A stretch of DNA of 55,461 nt. Source: Patescibacteria group bacterium (lineage in GTDB: Bacteria > Patescibacteriota > Patescibacteriia > JAACEG01). The stretch is from assembly GCA_034660655.1 (NCBI GenBank), contig JAYEJU010000056.1, forward strand, positions 1-55,461. The letters are read 5' to 3'. Each line of letters begins with the position of its first letter. Positions within the stretch are counted from its first letter, which is position 1. The notes under the pieces are model-generated. The model saw nothing but the letters and a program-made list of their open reading frames with translations. It searched no databases and was not told the origin of the DNA. Of the stretch, positions 53,299 to 55,461 are shown one piece after another. A program made the position numbers and the translations under genes.

Positions 53299-53477
53299 TA
53301 CTATATATTTAATTTTGTCAAAAAAATGAAAATTGACGCCTCTTTATTAACATGATAATATTTTTTTATCCACCAATATAAAAACAAAATAAAAATAAAA
53401 GGAGGTGAAAAAACAAAAATTGTGGTGGATATTTGTTCTTTATTGTTCTTTATATTAACGAAGAAAGGAGATGTTGC

Positions 53478-53870
53478 ATGAAAAAAGTAAATGTATTATT
53501 AGTTAATATATCGTTAATGAAAAATTTTTTTAGACCAACAATAAAAAAAATATTAATAACTTCCATGTTAATATATATAGGTAATTTAACAGTGCACTAT
53601 GGAGTAATGCATTCTTTTTATATTAATAAAGAAACGCCAATATTTTTTAATGTCTATAAAGTATTTTTATTACCGATGGAGTTAATAGAAAAAATAATAA
53701 TATATTTTGGAAATTTTACGCCTGACATTATTATATTTAGTTCTTTTTTTGCTTCCTTGATTTTTTTAAATTATTTTTTTTATCAATATTTTTTAAGTTG
53801 TTTATTAGTTAAAATATATGAAATATCAAAAAAATATATAAAAAATTTTAAACATAAAGATTATAAATAA
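53478..53870 (+). CDS. Hypothetical membrane protein
   Basis: SD GAAAGGAG lies 7 nt before ATG 53478. About 130 aa with 3-4 hydrophobic segments. No family recognised. Confidence 0.45.
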   Translation: MKKVNVLLVNISLMKNFFRPTIKKILITSMLIYIGNLTVHYGVMHSFYINKETPIFFNVYKVFLLPMELIEKIIIYFGNFTPDIIIFSSFFASLIFLNYFFYQYFLSCLLVKIYEISKKYIKNFKHKDYK

Positions 53871-53929
53871 TTATCTGTTTGTATTAAGAAAGCTTTAAAA
53901 TTATTTAAGTATTCAAATAAAAATAAAGA

Positions 53930-53958
53930 ATATCTGTTTAAACAGGTATCTTTTTTTT
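53930..53958 (+). terminator. Rho-independent terminator
   Basis: AUAUCUGU-uuaa-ACAGGUAU (one G.U) followed by C + U8. Confidence 0.7.
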
Positions 53959-53995
53959 GGATTATAGATTATAATTATGTAAAAAGATTATTTTT

Positions 53996-54544
53996 ATGGA
54001 AACAAAAATTATATTAGACAATCAAACAATCAAATGTCAGATTAAAAAAAGTAGAAGAGCTAAAAGAGCGCGACTGGCTGTTTATTGCGACGCCAGTGTT
54101 GTTTTGACAATTCCTTATTATTGCAGTAATAAGTTGGTTGAAAATTTTATCAAAAAAAATTCAAAATGGCTTTTTGCTAAAATAAACAATTTTAAAAAAA
54201 GAAAATTTTCTTTAATAGGGGGAGATAAAAATGATTATTTAAAAAATAAATTAAAAGCGTTGGGAACAGTAGAACAAAGAGTAAATTATTTTAACAGTTT
54301 TTATAATTTTCAATTTAATAAAATCTTTATCAGGAACCAAAAAACAAGATGGGGGAGCTGTTCTCAAAAAAGAAATTTGAACTTTAATTACAGAATTATT
54401 TATTTACCTCAGCATATCGCGGATTATATTATAGTGCATGAACTTTGCCATTTGCGAGAGTTTAATCATTCAAGAAAGTTTTGGAATTTAGTTTCACTTA
54501 AAATCCCAAATTATTTGGAGATTAGAAGGGAATTAAGAAAGTAA
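53996..54544 (+). CDS. YgjP/DUF45-type (M48-like) metal-dependent hydrolase
   Basis: TRWGSCS... and the HEXXH-containing block YIIVHELCHLREFNHSRKFW. Confidence 0.8.
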   Translation: METKIILDNQTIKCQIKKSRRAKRARLAVYCDASVVLTIPYYCSNKLVENFIKKNSKWLFAKINNFKKRKFSLIGGDKNDYLKNKLKALGTVEQRVNYFNSFYNFQFNKIFIRNQKTRWGSCSQKRNLNFNYRIIYLPQHIADYIIVHELCHLREFNHSRKFWNLVSLKIPNYLEIRRELRK

Positions 54545-54606
54545 ACAAAAATAAACAAATTAAATTTTGTGTATTCTAAACACTATATTACAATTTAATA
54601 AGCATT

Positions 54607-54733
54607 AAATTCAAAATTCCAAATAACAAATAAATTACAATGACCAAAATCCAAAATACAAAACAGTTTAGAATTTTGAATTTTTAGATTTTGAATTTAT
54701 TTAGGATTTGTGATTTTGAATTTGTAATTTATT
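54607..54733. repeat. Low-complexity palindromic element (CAAAT arm followed by ATTTG arm)
   Basis: aaattcaaaattccaaataacaaataaattacaa...ccaaaatacaaaacag | tttagaattttgaattt...ggatttgtgattttgaatttgtaatttattg. The arms are roughly complementary. Confidence 0.65.
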
Positions 54734-54808
54734 GATAGGTGTTTATTTTATTATTTTTTAATGGAAAAGAATATAGTTTTTTTACAAAACAAAATTTAAA
54801 TTTATTTT

Positions 54809-55461
54809 ATGGAATTTAATGAAGCACAACAAAAAATTATCAATAATATTTTCGGAGCTTATATTATTTCGGCTCCTGTTGGAACAGGCAAGACAACAGT
54901 TTTGACAGAAAGAGTAATTAAAGCGCTGGACTCTGGAATCAAGCCAGGGGAAATTTTGTGTCTGACTTTTACTAATCGCGCTGCTGAGGAAATGATGAAC
55001 AGAATAAAAAAAAGAATCAAGTCAAAAGAAATTATTGATAATTTGACAATCAAAACTTTTCATGGATTTTGCGCTTATTTTATAAAATCAGAAGCAAAGA
55101 AAATTTGTATTAATTTTGATTTTGTTGTTTTTGACGAAACAGAACAGGTGGAGATAATGAAAAATATTCTGCTTGATTATCCAGAGTTAATTATTGAAGG
55201 AAAAAACGAAAAATATCAAATTTTTGATTTAATTGATAAATTGTATCGTTATAGATTAAACAAATTAGAGCAGGAAATCGGATGTGTTGTTAAATCCAGG
55301 CATCTTGACAGTGATTTAATGGAAATAAATAAAAAATATTTGCAAACTTTAAAAGATCAAAACGCGCTGGATTTTAACGAGCTTGTTCTTTTAACAATCA
55401 GATCGCTCTATCTTGATAAAAAATTAAGAAACAAATGGTCAAAAAGATATAAATTTATTCA
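54809..55461 (+). CDS. UvrD/PcrA/AddA-type superfamily-1 DNA helicase, N-terminal part (3' end outside window)
   Basis: NEAQQKII..., Walker A SAPVGTGKTTVL and motif Ia CLTFTNRAAEEM. The frame is open to the window end. Confidence 0.8.
   Translation, partial: MEFNEAQQKIINNIFGAYIISAPVGTGKTTVLTERVIKALDSGIKPGEILCLTFTNRAAEEMMNRIKKRIKSKEIIDNLTIKTFHGFCAYFIKSEAKKICINFDFVVFDETEQVEIMKNILLDYPELIIEGKNEKYQIFDLIDKLYRYRLNKLEQEIGCVVKSRHLDSDLMEINKKYLQTLKDQNALDFNELVLLTIRSLYLDKKLRNKWSKRYKFI

Noticed and set aside
53366-53432. DnaA-box-like motifs TTATCCACC (53366-53374) and GGTGGATAT (53424-53432) in inverted orientation, suggesting oriC.
   Set aside because: There are only two imperfect boxes, with no dnaA/dnaN nearby and no AT-rich 13-mer array distinguishable from background. 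It is more likely a local regulator site or chance.
53404-53457. The strong AAAGGAGGTG motif at 53398-53407 as the start of a leader peptide (GTG 53404, 17 codons).
   Set aside because: The start codon would overlap the SD itself and the peptide has no support. The downstream gene has its own SD and ATG at 53478.

Overview
This is an AT-rich (about 30% GC by eye), gene-dense bacterial chromosome segment using the standard genetic code. Most stops are TAA; TGA is also a genuine stop, for example in corA and the patatin gene. Most of the window is housekeeping: yebC-ruvC, tatD, rsmI, metG, rpsB, secG, dnaG, corA, gltX, secD/secF, uppP, rplJ-rplL, rpoD, dnaX, ftsE/ftsX, mreB and five tRNAs, none with an encoded CCA. 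The gene content, small proteins and repeat style suggest a Patescibacteria/CPR (Parcubacteria-like) genome; this is inference only, with no database search possible.

Features that go beyond ordinary annotation:
- **Repeat families.** Three families of short palindromic, MITE-like or low-complexity repeats sit between operon partners (secD|secF, ftsE|ftsX). They create false ATG starts for three ORF-track models, and one lies in frame inside metG.
- **SecD fusion.** SecD carries an inserted parvulin PPIase domain that appears circularly permuted.
- **Accessory island at 45.7-53.3 kb.** It holds a patatin-like phospholipase translationally coupled to an RND pump, a separately promoted adaptor gene split by an in-frame TAA, and a TetR regulator. 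The palindromic TetR operator and promoter architecture are duplicated in front of tetR and the adaptor gene.
- **Gene decay.** There is a decayed IS481-like element with terminal inverted repeats, plus pseudogenes of a PD-(D/E)xK nuclease and a nucleotidyltransferase, a truncated Bro-N gene and a glycosyltransferase fragment.
- **Candidate RNA.** A GC-rich structured RNA lies between yebC and ruvC, probably on the minus strand.
- **Small genes missed by the ORF track.** These include a ferredoxin, a Cys-rich peptide and a membrane peptide.

No CRISPR array, rRNA or reverse transcriptase was seen. All family calls come from motif recognition by eye and need HMM/BLAST confirmation.
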